Positions 45,401 to 53,465 of a DNA stretch of 64,000 nucleotides are shown here, piece after piece. Location of the stretch: the IMG/VR virus record IMGVR_UViG_3300034022_000629, positions 1 to 64,000 of that record; one strand, written 5' to 3'. Position 1 is the stretch's first letter, and each line of letters begins with the position of its first letter. A model generated the notes under the pieces. That model ran no database searches and had not been told where the DNA came from. It was given only the letters and a program-made list of their open reading frames with translations. Both the position numbers and the translations under genes were made by a program. Source of the stretch: a virus.

Positions 45401-46525
45401 AGACAATGAGGAACTTAATCCTGATGTAGTTGTTGCAACGCTTGAACTTAAACTTCCAATGGAGGAACTTAATCCACTAGTTGTTGTTTCGACACTAGAA
45501 CTTAACGAACCAATACTAGAACTCAACCCACTTGTTGTGGTTGCAACAGAGCTAGATAATGAACCTATACTTGTGGATACACTTGAGCTGAATGTTGAAT
45601 ATCCTGTGGTACCTGTTATTAAAACTTGATCACTTCCAGATATAACTGTTTCCGTGTTAAGTTTATTTTTAATTGTGGTATCAATAGAACTAGTAAATGT
45701 ATTTAAACTACTTGTTGATGTTTGTAGTGTTCCAATTATCGTGTTATTAGAACCTGTGTAGGTATTCAATGAACCAATAGACCCCGTCACTCCTTCGATA
45801 GAAGTCAACCTACCATTCTGAGTTGTTTCTACTGTATTGTTTGAACTTGTAAAAGAATTAAAATCTGTTCTTATTGAAGAACTATCCGATTCAAGTGATG
45901 TCAATCTACCTGAAGCACTCGATGTGAATGTATTTAAAGAACCTGTCGATGTTTGTAAAGTTCCGATTACCGTATTATTACTACCAGTGTAGGTGTTTAA
46001 CAAACTAACAGAACCTGTAACTCCCTCAATAGATGTTAATCTACTATTTTGTGTGGTGTTAGTTGAATCATTTGAACTTGTATATGATTGAAATGTTGTT
46101 TCATCCAACTTTCCTGTACCAACAGGGACACCATTTAAAGTTATTGATCCCGAAATGGTAAGTGCTCCCGTAATTTCTGTATTTGAATTAACCCTTAATC
46201 CATTCGAATTTGAAATGGATGCTGTGGCAACCCCATCAGCAATTTGAGTTAAATTAAGACCCGTAACCCCACTTGCTGGAATATTATATAGATTTGTACC
46301 GTCACCCTTGAAGGAACCAGTGAAGGATCCTGTAGTGTACGATGAGGTGAATTGGTGAAAACTTGAGGTTAAGGTGTATTTTGGGGCTTCGGATGCGGTT
46401 AACGCATTCGTGGATGTTCCACTAACCGTCGCATTTATGTTTCCTAATACGGTTAAGTCTCCTGAGATTTCAGCTGAACTCGATACCGATAGCGATCCAG
46501 ATATGTGTGCGTCAAATATATTCAT
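42428..46525 (-). CDS. large tail fibre protein with Ser/Thr-rich tandem repeats and a C-terminal peptidase-S74 intramolecular chaperone domain
   Basis: - 1365 aa.
- Repeats (SSSIGSLSSSVATTTSGL)n and (GYTPYNATNPSGYISSITSGNVTTAL)n.
- The C-terminus (...ENSSIRYKTNIETIKYGLDKILQMRGVTYTRKD...) matches the autoproteolytic chaperone domain of tail spikes and endosialidases, spanning about 42428-42823. Confidence 0.7.
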   Translation of the reverse strand: MNIFDAHISGSLSVSSSAEISGDLTVLGNINATVSGTSTNALTASEAPKYTLTSSFHQFTSSYTTGSFTGSFKGDGTNLYNIPASGVTGLNLTQIADGVATASISNSNGLRVNSNTEITGALTISGSITLNGVPVGTGKLDETTFQSYTSSNDSTNTTQNSRLTSIEGVTGSVSLLNTYTGSNNTVIGTLQTSTGSLNTFTSSASGRLTSLESDSSSIRTDFNSFTSSNNTVETTQNGRLTSIEGVTGSIGSLNTYTGSNNTIIGTLQTSTSSLNTFTSSIDTTIKNKLNTETVISGSDQVLITGTTGYSTFSSSVSTSIGSLSSSVATTTSGLSSSIGSLSSSVETTTSGLSSSIGSLSSSVATTTSGLSSSLSSSIGSLSSSVATTTLGLSSSLTSSIGSLSSSVATTTSGLSSSIGSLSSSVATTTSGLSSSIGSLSSSIATTTLNQSNRLDSIEGKSGSYATTGSNTFKGLQTISGSVIITENLTVFGSSSITYVTSSQLRVEDNIITVNTASPGSRFGGLEVHDSGSVGIATGSLLWDSVNNRWVYQNSSEASYGGGVILSGPRSSGSLGSELTLTSGRIAKSAGGDHLNDSNITDDGTTVTVLSNTVINGTIVSTGTTIVSGSSQIAHNSTTGYDTNRHIDHTAVSITAGNGLSGGGDISATRTVSLDTTSATFTSGVKSKMNADGVVSGSSQITYGSLSSIPSGIVSGSSQITFGSIGSIPSGLVSGSAQITLSSTIGYGSVINQAVLTTSTPTFSTVSATTFTGALSGNATTATTAGALTSMNISQFTNNSAYLTGITSGNVTTALGFTPYNATNPSGYISSITSGNVTTALGYTPYNATNPSGYISSITSGNVTTALGFTPYNATNPSGYITGISFANVSSKPTTLSGYGITDSVKSNGTITGNIDSDWGESFTTFDPVPSGTPPLSSPNIRTVNIGNNFDRRTQLAFDYASDVAYFRRRNDSGWQTWREFIHSGNIGSQTVATAGALSSMNISQFTNNSAYLTGITSGNVTTALGYTPYNATNPSGYISSITSGNVTTALGFTPYNATNPSGYISSITSGNVTTALGYTPYNATNPNGYITGISFANVSSKPTTISGYGITDAITTGNIGSQSVSYASTAGTAGNITAYTINQSVGTGNSPTFVDLYARSHFIQRSANTTHGINWYSSGYTAWCQYMAAVNVASTGPTGNITSPAAGNFVTSWALRSFIENSSGYGWTWEAGTSTGQPSIVAEMSSATGNFYTKGSITVGGIFTENSSIRYKTNIETIKYGLDKILQMRGVTYTRKDSGNIEAGVIAEEMYDVTPLVVLKNKDGEVDSVSYGRINAYLIEAVKELKQEINEQNLIITELKGKLGL
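43195..44176. repeat. segmental duplication (copies at about 43195-43549 and 43810-44176), each holding three 78-nt tandem repeats encoding GYTPYNATNPSGYISSITSGNVTTAL
   Basis: Near-identical nucleotide blocks, e.g. ggttgtaacgttaccact(g/a)gttatact(c/t)gaaat..., at both loci. Confidence 0.65.
45184..45590. repeat. about 7.5 tandem copies of a 54-60-nt unit encoding SSSIGSLSSSVATTTSGL(SS) inside the tail fibre gene
   Basis: Visible in the protein and as the repetitive antisense shadow ORF at 45189-45629 (ELNPLVVVAT repeats). Confidence 0.7.
45679..46045. repeat. two copies of a roughly 228-nt unit encoding RLTSIEGVTGS(V/I)..LNTYTGSNNT(V/I)IGTLQTST.SLNTFTSS
   Basis: Duplicated protein segment with matching nucleotide blocks at 45700-45830 and 45900-46030. 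Confidence 0.55.
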
Positions 46526-46579
46526 CTAAATGTGTGTTATACAATAGATAAATACTTTATATTTTATATTGTGACTTAA

Positions 46580-47383
46580 TTAAATTAACGCCTTTTTGGG
46601 TTGTGTTAATCCCAATGGTAGGTATTCTCTGAAATTTTTATATATATAATCGAATAATACTCTACCATAGTGTTTATGATGTTCAATACCAGGATGTAAA
46701 TTATCTGAACCTAAGTCCATTTTAAACTTATCTAATGCTGTAAATCTATTAAACTCCTTATAATCCGTTAGTAAATGTTTACCATCCCATAACCAATTAC
46801 ATTTTTTTGACTCTAAAAATAACTTTATTAACATATGATTTTTATACCAATTTACAAAATCGGCATTTTTATTTTGTAATGCGTCCATACTACTTTGAAT
46901 TATTTTACCGTCTTCCGTTTCCGATAATTTTCCCCAGGATTTGGTTGGTATATATGGTTCGATACTATTATCTTCAGTATAAATTTCTCTCCTATGTGGG
47001 AATGTATACATTATTAAAACTAAATCTGGTTTAATTAAATCATAATAACTCATTAAACACCTACTTATAAAATCATTACTCCTTCCTCCTGTTCCAAAAT
47101 TAAAATTTACACCATTTTCAATATGACTACAAAATTGAGCGGGCCAAGTTTCATCATCATTTACACCAACACCTTCAGTGATTGAACAACCTAATGACAT
47201 TACCTTAAACCCTTCTTTTTTTATACTGTCACCTCTAAACCCCAATTCATTATATGTGTATACACATTTACCAGTGCTATCACCACCAGAAGTTGTGTAA
47301 GTTTGATTTACTCTTTCTTTTAATGAATATCTATAAGATGATATTTCAAATCCTTCTGGATTCCAATATTGTAAAGATTTCAT
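46580..47383 (-). CDS. SGNH-hydrolase-like protein with a G-C-S variant of block I
   Basis: MSLGCSITEGVG matches the LGDSITEG block of SGNH esterases except Cys replaces Asp. Confidence 0.35.
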   Translation of the reverse strand: MKSLQYWNPEGFEISSYRYSLKERVNQTYTTSGGDSTGKCVYTYNELGFRGDSIKKEGFKVMSLGCSITEGVGVNDDETWPAQFCSHIENGVNFNFGTGGRSNDFISRCLMSYYDLIKPDLVLIMYTFPHRREIYTEDNSIEPYIPTKSWGKLSETEDGKIIQSSMDALQNKNADFVNWYKNHMLIKLFLESKKCNWLWDGKHLLTDYKEFNRFTALDKFKMDLGSDNLHPGIEHHKHYGRVLFDYIYKNFREYLPLGLTQPKKALI

Positions 47384-47883
47384 ATCAATTTATTTATTTC
47401 CAATGGATTTATGTGTTCGTTTTGTAAAAACCATAATAAAGAGTATCGTTCTCCTTTTAAAATTGTTGTTATTTCGTGGTCTATTCTTGTATCAAATAAA
47501 TATGTATTCCCCATCACTTTATTTAATACGATTTCATTTGGGTTATACAACTTAAAGTCTCCACCCTCAAAATCGTCACTTAATAAGACTCCCACAGCAT
47601 ATAGCCTATTTTCTCGAATGTCGTTGTGTTTTCCAAACCAATCACCTTTTGTAAATTTATGAAAATGAATGACTTCTTTATTTCTTTTTATTTGTATGTT
47701 TGATTCTTCTTCAAAAAATGTTTTAAGTTTATCAAACAACCATTTGGTTTCCAACGAATATCTAATTGGTTGTGAATTGAATTTTCTATCGCCCATTATC
47801 CAATTTGTAATGTGAGTGTCGTTATATAATATTATAGATTCACACTCCTCTTTACTAAATAATATTTTTTCTTTTAAAATCAT
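47380..47883 (-). CDS. 2OG-Fe(II) oxygenase superfamily protein (prolyl-hydroxylase-like)
   Basis: FGKHNDI...RIDHEIT gives the H-x-D...H facial triad spacing; 167 aa. Confidence 0.45.
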   Translation of the reverse strand: MILKEKILFSKEECESIILYNDTHITNWIMGDRKFNSQPIRYSLETKWLFDKLKTFFEEESNIQIKRNKEVIHFHKFTKGDWFGKHNDIRENRLYAVGVLLSDDFEGGDFKLYNPNEIVLNKVMGNTYLFDTRIDHEITTILKGERYSLLWFLQNEHINPLEINKLI

Positions 47884-48415
47884 ACGTTAAAGTATATGTG
47901 TCTTTTCTATATTTTTTATCATAATCAATCATATCCAAATGTTTTGGATTTTCAATATTTAAATAACTAATTACCTTATTAACATCTGTTTTATTAACGT
48001 ATATGTTTTCATATGTTGTTTGAAATAAATTTTTATTTTTTAAACGGTTTTTTAAATGTTCATATTTGTAAACCATTTCTATTATTTTATTTTTATTGTC
48101 ATCAATCCACTCATTTGTTATCTCATATGTCTCGTGCCACCTTCCTTTATTATCTGCATTAATAAAACTTATGGCACTGTCAATATCATTTTCTCTACTC
48201 AAACAAATAACCTTATCAAATTTTTCAATAACTTCATTTGATGGGTTATATTCTTCAATAACAATTTTTCTAATTATATTATTTTTTTCAAATACAGAAT
48301 TAAATTGTTTAAAATCATAATGTGTTGCATCTAATTCAATATCTAATTCTTTCGATATCCATTTACATAATGTAGTAGAACCACATCTTGTATGTGATAG
48401 TATTAAAATTCTCAT
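47855..48415 (-). CDS. sulfotransferase-like P-loop protein
   Basis: SHTRCGSTTLCKW resembles the 5'-phosphosulfate-binding loop, and LSRENDIDSAIS resembles the 3'-phosphate R-x-x-x-D-x-x-x-S motif. Confidence 0.45.
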   Translation of the reverse strand: MRILILSHTRCGSTTLCKWISKELDIELDATHYDFKQFNSVFEKNNIIRKIVIEEYNPSNEVIEKFDKVICLSRENDIDSAISFINADNKGRWHETYEITNEWIDDNKNKIIEMVYKYEHLKNRLKNKNLFQTTYENIYVNKTDVNKVISYLNIENPKHLDMIDYDKKYRKDTYTLTYDFKRKNII

Positions 48416-49456
48416 CTATATCAATGTTTTATCTGTATTATCTATAAACTCATATAGGTTATGAAAAAGGTTTTGATTTTTCCATATTCTATTTAACTCT
48501 TTTTTAAATAAATGATGTTCAGGGTGTTCATCGTCCCATACTTGCTTTAATTTAAATTCACCTTCAGAAAATGTTCCCCAATTAGTTATTTTACCAAAGA
48601 ACACATTTACTTTCTCACCAAAAATGGAATACATCAAGTTATAAAATTCTTCCATTTCCATATAGTTAGAATCTTGAACAACAAAGGATGTTTTTACATT
48701 TATAGGTAACGTACTTATGAATTTTAAATTATCTATTAGATTATCCCATTTACCACCTAATCTAGTTTTATTTTCATACGTGTCTTTTGTTCCCGCATCT
48801 ATACTGATTTCACAAGTGTGAACATATTTGTGTATGTTAGACATACTATCCCACATTTCTTTATTCCACATTGATGCGTTAGTGTGTAAGTGTATTGATT
48901 TTAGATTTGGATATTTTTTGGGGTTGAAGTTTCTAAGATAATTCCTAAATCCAACTGATACAAATGGATCCCCGGAACCGGTGATGTATAATGTTTTTAC
49001 GTATTGTGAAAAGTAAGTGTCAATGTCTTCAATTGTTTTCTCTACTCGTTTTATACCTTTACTGTCTTCAACAATTAAATCTACCCTACAAGAAGGACAT
49101 TTGTAATTACAAGTCCTATCAAAATTCATCACTATATTATCTGGTGTATTATTCTTTACTATTGGGTCAACAATGGTTGAATTTGATTTTAGTGTTACTG
49201 GTCCAGATGTTACACCGTAGTTTACTAATTTACTTAAATAAGGACAAAGCTCTTTACTACAATACTTAAACGAACCATCTAATATTGAATTTCTAATGTT
49301 AATTATTGGTTCACTGTTGTAAACATCTTTTAACGGTATTTCAGATAATTCCACTTTGTTTGGTAACCAGGATGGGCAACACACAAAACAAACATTATTA
49401 TGTATTTCTAATGAATTAAATGGCACATTACACGTGTAATTTTTTAAATCAACCAT
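48416..49456 (-). CDS. radical SAM enzyme with an N-terminal Cys-rich extension
   Basis: DRTCNYKCPSC is the CX3CX2C motif, sitting about 115 aa into the protein. Upstream of it lies YTCNVPF...NNVCFVCCPSW. Confidence 0.55.
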   Translation of the reverse strand: MVDLKNYTCNVPFNSLEIHNNVCFVCCPSWLPNKVELSEIPLKDVYNSEPIINIRNSILDGSFKYCSKELCPYLSKLVNYGVTSGPVTLKSNSTIVDPIVKNNTPDNIVMNFDRTCNYKCPSCRVDLIVEDSKGIKRVEKTIEDIDTYFSQYVKTLYITGSGDPFVSVGFRNYLRNFNPKKYPNLKSIHLHTNASMWNKEMWDSMSNIHKYVHTCEISIDAGTKDTYENKTRLGGKWDNLIDNLKFISTLPINVKTSFVVQDSNYMEMEEFYNLMYSIFGEKVNVFFGKITNWGTFSEGEFKLKQVWDDEHPEHHLFKKELNRIWKNQNLFHNLYEFIDNTDKTLI

Positions 49457-49459
49457 TGT

Positions 49460-50185
49460 TTAAATTAATTGATTTCTTGGTTCGAATCTTTTTTCAAAGT
49501 TATCGAACACCCATTTTTTTAACTTATCATCTTTTACGATGTTGTTTTTTATTGGGTTGCTTTTATTTATTCTACCTACCTTGAAATCAATTTCATATTT
49601 GTTACACATAAACTCTTCAAATTTATCGATTTCATCGATATTAAATTCATAGGTACATTTATTATTATCGACCCAATATGATTGAGATAGTAACAGTATA
49701 AGTGGATTAAAAGTATAGTCTATATTTTTAGGTATATTTTTCACAAATTTATATATTATTGATTTGTTAAACTCCCTCATTTTAATTATTTCTTCATATT
49801 TCGTTAAGTCGGTTTTCATTTCCCCAATCGAATAAATTGAATCTACATAATCATTAGTAAAATTATTATATATAAAATCGTTATCAACATCCTCCCACTT
49901 TACGGACATTTCATTACCATTAATTTCGTACATATACCAACTATGTTGTAGTGCACTTATCCACCTATCAAAATAATTTCTTTTAATAACTACAGTTTCC
50001 ATTTTTCCAAAATTTACATATAGGTCAGATAACTTAACGTGTATATGTTTTGGATACTCTATATCTACTCCAAAATTGTGATGATTAATTGTAAGTGAAG
50101 AATTAAGAATTGAATTTTCGATTGACGTACTAGCACACCTCGGAACAGATACCCAAATTAAATTGTTATTTATACATATGGACAT
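49460..50185 (-). CDS. sulfotransferase-like protein (second paralogue)
   Basis: VSVPRCASTSI and VIKRNYFDRWIS parallel the two motifs of the 47855-48415 protein. Confidence 0.35.
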   Translation of the reverse strand: MSICINNNLIWVSVPRCASTSIENSILNSSLTINHHNFGVDIEYPKHIHVKLSDLYVNFGKMETVVIKRNYFDRWISALQHSWYMYEINGNEMSVKWEDVDNDFIYNNFTNDYVDSIYSIGEMKTDLTKYEEIIKMREFNKSIIYKFVKNIPKNIDYTFNPLILLLSQSYWVDNNKCTYEFNIDEIDKFEEFMCNKYEIDFKVGRINKSNPIKNNIVKDDKLKKWVFDNFEKRFEPRNQLI

Positions 50186-50191
50186 AATAAA

Positions 50192-50473
50192 CTAGATAAA
50201 TGTTTTATTAGTTTTTTCCTCCATTTTATATTTTTTATCGATTACTTCCCATTTTCCCAATGGGCAGGGATTAAATTCCAGACTAAAAATTTTTTTGGAT
50301 ATTGGACAACCACATTCACCACATATTGTGGCAAGTTTTAGTTTTTTAGTAATTACTTTTTTTGATGGACATACATCACATACCCCACCTCTTTCGATTG
50401 ATTTGTTCAATTGATTTTCATTGGGGTTATAACTAACAACCCACGCATCAATTATCTCCTTAATGTTAATCAT
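50192..50473 (-). CDS. small Cys-rich (Zn-ribbon-like) protein
   Basis: CDVCPS...CGECGCP...CPLGKW, i.e. multiple CxxC pairs. Confidence 0.35.
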   Translation of the reverse strand: MINIKEIIDAWVVSYNPNENQLNKSIERGGVCDVCPSKKVITKKLKLATICGECGCPISKKIFSLEFNPCPLGKWEVIDKKYKMEEKTNKTFI

Positions 50474-50565
50474 TATTAACTGTTATCTTGTACTATTAGA
50501 TTTCCTATTGTAGTAACTATAGAATCTGTAAGTTGTTTTTCTTGATTTGTCATATTTTTAATTTT

Positions 50566-52038
50566 TTAAGCGCAGTAATTACAAATACCATTATTACAAC
50601 ATTGTCCCTTATTACAACTACCTTGTCCACCATATGGTGTGCCGAAGCACTCGAAGTTATTATGTTCAACAGCCGCAAAGTAAGATACATCTGAAATGGT
50701 TGGGTTACCTGTCGATGTTAAAAATAGATGAGCTCTTTCTACACCAATTGTCCATCCTGAAAATTCTTGATCCACAATATTAATTGATTGAACGGTTTTT
50801 TCTACGATTTGTACGTTTTCATATTCTGATGTGTCTATAAGTAAAACAACATTTCCAGGAATAAAATCCATTATTTTAACAAATTTTATTTCATTATTTT
50901 CGTAAATTAAATAACTCGAACTAATAGTGTCAAACCAGTTTGTTCCATCGGTAAATGTTATTTCGGCAATCTCCACAGTAATATCTATTCTGTTTTTAGT
51001 GGTAACTTTATTTGTACTATAAATTACACCATCTAGAAACGTTTGCATATCGATTTGATAGTTCGCTAAAACGTTTATGGCGTCGATATTGTCGGCATTA
51101 GGGATGTCAATGGTTCTAAGAAGGTCTCCCACCTGTAAATCTAATCCACTTTTTGTTGTACCGTCGGCCATAATAACATAGTCGTCATCCAATAATTTTG
51201 GTTGATTTAATGTAAAGTCTGTGGTATAATAAATCTTTCTGTAAAGTCTATCAATTTCAAAAGTTTCTTCATTATAGATAATATTATTTGTTAATTTTTG
51301 AATTGATATATCAGTGTAAGACCCTATATGAATTGATTCTAAATTTGGGGGGAATAACATACTTATTTTTCTAATCTTAGTTACCCTATTAGAATGAACT
51401 TTTGATTCGTTAAAATAATACGGCATTAAAAAATAATCTTTAGTAACGTTTTGTAAAACGAGGTCCAATTCTGTTTGATTTGTCACCTTATAAAACTTAG
51501 GATAGACTTCCTTATTATAAGCAGGTTTTACGGCTTTTAAAATAAAATTAGGATGTATCCCATTGTCTTGGATGTTTGTTATATTATTTATTAGAACATC
51601 TTCTTCATTTAAATAAGCGAATTCCGAACCAAATTCACTATCCTTAATCAAATTTAAATATTCAATTTTATTTGCACAATAAGAACTATCCAATATAGCC
51701 GTGGTGTCAAATGAGGTCCTCACAATTAAATGTGTTGTACTATCTTCAATATATGGAATTGTTATTGAAGTTGGAGTGGTACCAATTGTTTCAAATTCCA
51801 AAGATAAATTTGTTGCTACGTTTTGAATTTGTTCTTTAATTTTAACGTTCGCCCCTATATATGTTATCTTCGTAAACAAATTTGAGGTGACAAAATTCTG
51901 AAAATCTGTCATATCAAATACTTCATTATCATTTTCTATTTTTTGTATGGGATATCCGATATTCGTATTCATCTCAATAGGTCTTAAATCACCCGCTGAA
52001 TCGTAGACAAAATCTAAACCAACTATTACTGCTCTCAT
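50566..52038 (-). CDS. hypothetical protein with a Cys-rich C-terminal knot
   Basis: 490 aa ending GSCNKGQCCNNGICNYCA. A promoter-like motif lies upstream at 52055-52068. Confidence 0.4.
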   Translation of the reverse strand: MRAVIVGLDFVYDSAGDLRPIEMNTNIGYPIQKIENDNEVFDMTDFQNFVTSNLFTKITYIGANVKIKEQIQNVATNLSLEFETIGTTPTSITIPYIEDSTTHLIVRTSFDTTAILDSSYCANKIEYLNLIKDSEFGSEFAYLNEEDVLINNITNIQDNGIHPNFILKAVKPAYNKEVYPKFYKVTNQTELDLVLQNVTKDYFLMPYYFNESKVHSNRVTKIRKISMLFPPNLESIHIGSYTDISIQKLTNNIIYNEETFEIDRLYRKIYYTTDFTLNQPKLLDDDYVIMADGTTKSGLDLQVGDLLRTIDIPNADNIDAINVLANYQIDMQTFLDGVIYSTNKVTTKNRIDITVEIAEITFTDGTNWFDTISSSYLIYENNEIKFVKIMDFIPGNVVLLIDTSEYENVQIVEKTVQSINIVDQEFSGWTIGVERAHLFLTSTGNPTISDVSYFAAVEHNNFECFGTPYGGQGSCNKGQCCNNGICNYCA

Positions 52039-52065
52039 ATTATTTTCTTATTTCTATATAAATAT

Positions 52066-52281
52066 CTATTTTTTATCTTTTAATCCGTATTTAATCCATC
52101 TATACCATATCCTCTCGTGAAGATAATATTGAACGGGTTTATAGACCAATTCAGCAACCCCAAACGCGGCGCCAACCTTAATAGAACCACTTATCCACCA
52201 CATTAAACCAAATCCAATTAAAGTACTTATAATTCGATATGAGATGGTTTTAGCTATGTGTCTCTTACGCTCTACAATCAT
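52066..52281 (-). CDS. DUF2061-like small membrane protein
   Basis: 71 aa, 2 TM, with a basic tail. Confidence 0.35.
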   Translation of the reverse strand: MIVERKRHIAKTISYRIISTLIGFGLMWWISGSIKVGAAFGVAELVYKPVQYYLHERIWYRWIKYGLKDKK

Positions 52282-52661
52282 TACCCCTTAGTTTGGTCAT
52301 ATTTTATGGTTCCGTCAGGACTCATATGTCCAGTTCTAATTGCGGTTCCACTAATCACCGCAACATCTGCAGGTGGTTCGTGATAGATTACATCGTAACC
52401 CACTCCTCTACCATAGTTGATACTTTCAATATCTGGAATGATAGATAGTAAAATCTTATCAAAATTTTCATTAAAGAATGGTTCCTGTATTAACATTTGA
52501 AACACCTCTTGAGCGGTTTTTGGGTTATTCTCATCGACTTGAACGTCTCTGATTGCCACCCAAACATTCTTACCTTGGGATAGTTGTTGGTTAATTAACC
52601 ATTCGTGACCTTTGTGCCAATTCTGCCAACGGCCGACGTACATTGCGTACTTCTTACTCAT
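52281..52661 (-). CDS. minimal nucleotidyltransferase (cytidylyltransferase / HxGH superfamily)
   Basis: YVGRWQNWHKGHEWL carries the H-x-G-H motif, and the C-terminal ISGTAIRTG resembles the ISST/RTxGISTT motif; 126 aa. Overlaps the APS kinase gene by 8 nt. Confidence 0.45.
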   Translation of the reverse strand: MSKKYAMYVGRWQNWHKGHEWLINQQLSQGKNVWVAIRDVQVDENNPKTAQEVFQMLIQEPFFNENFDKILLSIIPDIESINYGRGVGYDVIYHEPPADVAVISGTAIRTGHMSPDGTIKYDQTKG

Positions 52662-53115
52662 ATGATTTTAATTTTAATTTAAGTTCCTGAACAGTTTCAA
52701 ATTCAGGTCTATTAGTGGTATCTATATCTATAAAAAATTCGGTAGGGGGTTGGTAATTTTCAACGTGAAATTGTTCCCTACCTCTGATATCAGTTGTATG
52801 TACATATACCTCAACCAAATCCTCGCCCATTGTGGATTTAAATGTATCTCTTTGATCTTTATAAGGTGAAACTAATGAGACAATTGCAACGTCTCCCTTT
52901 TTGTGAATAAATTTGGCAATATTTTGTGCCAATTCAATATTTTTACGTCTTCCTTGCTCGGAATAGTCTTTGTTTTCGAATATCTCTCTAATGTCGTCAC
53001 CGTCCACAACTACCCCTTTGTTTGGGTACGACGCTTGTAACCAACCAGCTAATGTTGTTTTTCCTGAACCAGGTTGACCCGTTAACCATATAATCATATG
53101 GAAAATATAACGCAA
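52654..53115 (-). CDS. cysC: adenylylsulfate (APS) kinase
   Basis: IWLTGQPGSGKTTLA is the P-loop. VVDGDDIRE, RRKNIELAQNIAKF, VIVSLVSPY and the C-terminal ENYQPP parallel the canonical CysC blocks. Confidence 0.7.
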   Translation of the reverse strand: MRYIFHMIIWLTGQPGSGKTTLAGWLQASYPNKGVVVDGDDIREIFENKDYSEQGRRKNIELAQNIAKFIHKKGDVAIVSLVSPYKDQRDTFKSTMGEDLVEVYVHTTDIRGREQFHVENYQPPTEFFIDIDTTNRPEFETVQELKLKLKSYE

Positions 53116-53179
53116 AAAAATTGTAAAATCAATGGATGGTTACACAATTTTACAATTAATTACTTTGAAATAGCGACTA

Positions 53180-53401
53180 TTAAAGTTCTTCGGATACTGG
53201 TTCTAACTCTGAGTAATGATAACTAACACCATCTACAACTAACGCTAATGTGTCTTTAAACTCATTATATGCTTGAAATGAGATGTTTTCTTTAATAAAT
53301 GTTAAAGCCTCTTCTTTAGTTGCGAAGGTATGATTAGCAATTTCTAATAATTCATCTTCACCGGCTGCATTTATGGTTAAACCGTTTATTTTGTAGTTCA
53401 T
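53180..53401 (-). CDS. small hypothetical protein
   Basis: 73 aa. A promoter-like motif lies at 53415-53430. Confidence 0.35.
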   Translation of the reverse strand: MNYKINGLTINAAGEDELLEIANHTFATKEEALTFIKENISFQAYNEFKDTLALVVDGVSYHYSELEPVSEEL

Positions 53402-53465
53402 ATTCTTTCTTTTTTATATAAATATCACAGTTATTAATAAAGTTTGTACTCGAATCCGTATTCAT

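Noticed and set aside
45189-45629. 146-aa plus-strand ORF with ELNPLVVVAT repeats
   Set aside because: It is the antisense shadow of the in-frame Ser/Thr repeat array of the minus-strand tail fibre gene. Its repetitiveness only mirrors that array.
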